Shown piece after piece: positions 63,310 to 64,000 of a stretch of 64,000 nucleotides of DNA; position 1 is the stretch's first letter, and the number at the start of each line of letters is the position of its first letter. The notes beneath the pieces are model-generated. The model was not told where the DNA came from, made no database searches, and saw only the letters and a program-made list of their open reading frames with translations. Location of the stretch: contig NC_043011.1 of assembly GCF_006345805.1 (NCBI RefSeq), positions 39,258,464-39,322,463 of the forward strand, written 5' to 3'. This DNA is from Octopus sinensis. Its lineage: Eukaryota. Position numbers and translations under genes: made by a program.

Positions 63310-63712
63310 AGGCATAGGTGTGGCTGTGTGGTAAGTAGCTTGCTTACCAACCACATGGTTCCAGGTACAGTCCCACTGCGTAGCACCTTGGGCAAGTGTC
63401 TTCTACTATAGCCTCGGGCCTTCCAAAGCCTTGTGAGTGGATTTGGTTGACAGAAACTGAAAGAAGCCTGTCGTATATATGTATGTGTGTGTATATGTTT
63501 TTGTGTCTGTGTTTGTCTCCTCAACATCGCTTGACAACCGATGCTGGTGTGTTTACATCACGGTAACTTAGCAGTTCAGCAAAAGAGACCAATAGAATAA
63601 GTACTGGGCTTACAAAAATAAGTCCTGGAGTCAATTTGTTCAACTAAAGGTGGTGCTCCAGCATGCCTACAGTCACATGACTGAAACAAGTAAAAGAGTT
63701 ACGAATAAAAGA
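63310..63712 (+). mobile_element. SINE family A, full length
   Basis: Matches 10307-10720. Confidence 0.9.
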
Positions 63713-64000
63713 GTACATGACTACAGTTTAGTTCTTATTGAACCTCATCAGTGAAGCATAGCCTTATAAAACTTCAGAATGAGTGAGGGAATATGAAGTT
63801 TATTTTGTGTGTTGGTGTTTGTCTTTTAACTTTTATCTTTTACTTGCATCAATCATTGGACTGCAACCATGCTGGGGCACCCACTTGAAAGGTTTTCGTC
63901 AAACCAATCAACCCCAAAATGCGTGAGATCATCTGTTGATGCCCTTTTATTGGTTTGTGTTGCTACCTGACTTTTATTTGATCTGGATGATCTAGATGCA

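Overview
AT-rich, microsatellite-saturated metazoan DNA. The repeat families look like those of octopus (Octopus sp.); this is inferred from recalled SINE families, not a database search. No protein-coding gene can be named, and almost all ORFs in the supplied track are microsatellite or SINE artefacts. Retroposons dominate: three tRNA-derived SINE families (here A, B, C), many 5'-truncated RTE-clade LINE ends (family D), a CR1/L2-type LINE end, and an RTE-like end carrying three decayed C2H2 fingers. DNA elements include two defective mariners, piggyBac- and hAT-type MITEs and three Helentron-associated (HINE/DINE-like) copies. Best discoveries: (1) an intact type I hammerhead ribozyme (minus strand, 46846-46944) with a long stem II and a palindromic stem III, inside a 579-bp unit bounded by 39-bp direct repeats (Penelope pseudo-LTR or retrozyme-like), plus a second minimal hammerhead at 35213-35250 and a decayed third; (2) a near-perfect recursive-splicing-type AG|GTAAGT site at 28624/28625; (3) scattered short candidate exons suggesting the window lies in long introns of a plus-strand gene. 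Repeat boundaries are read by eye and are approximate (about +/-10-20 bp).
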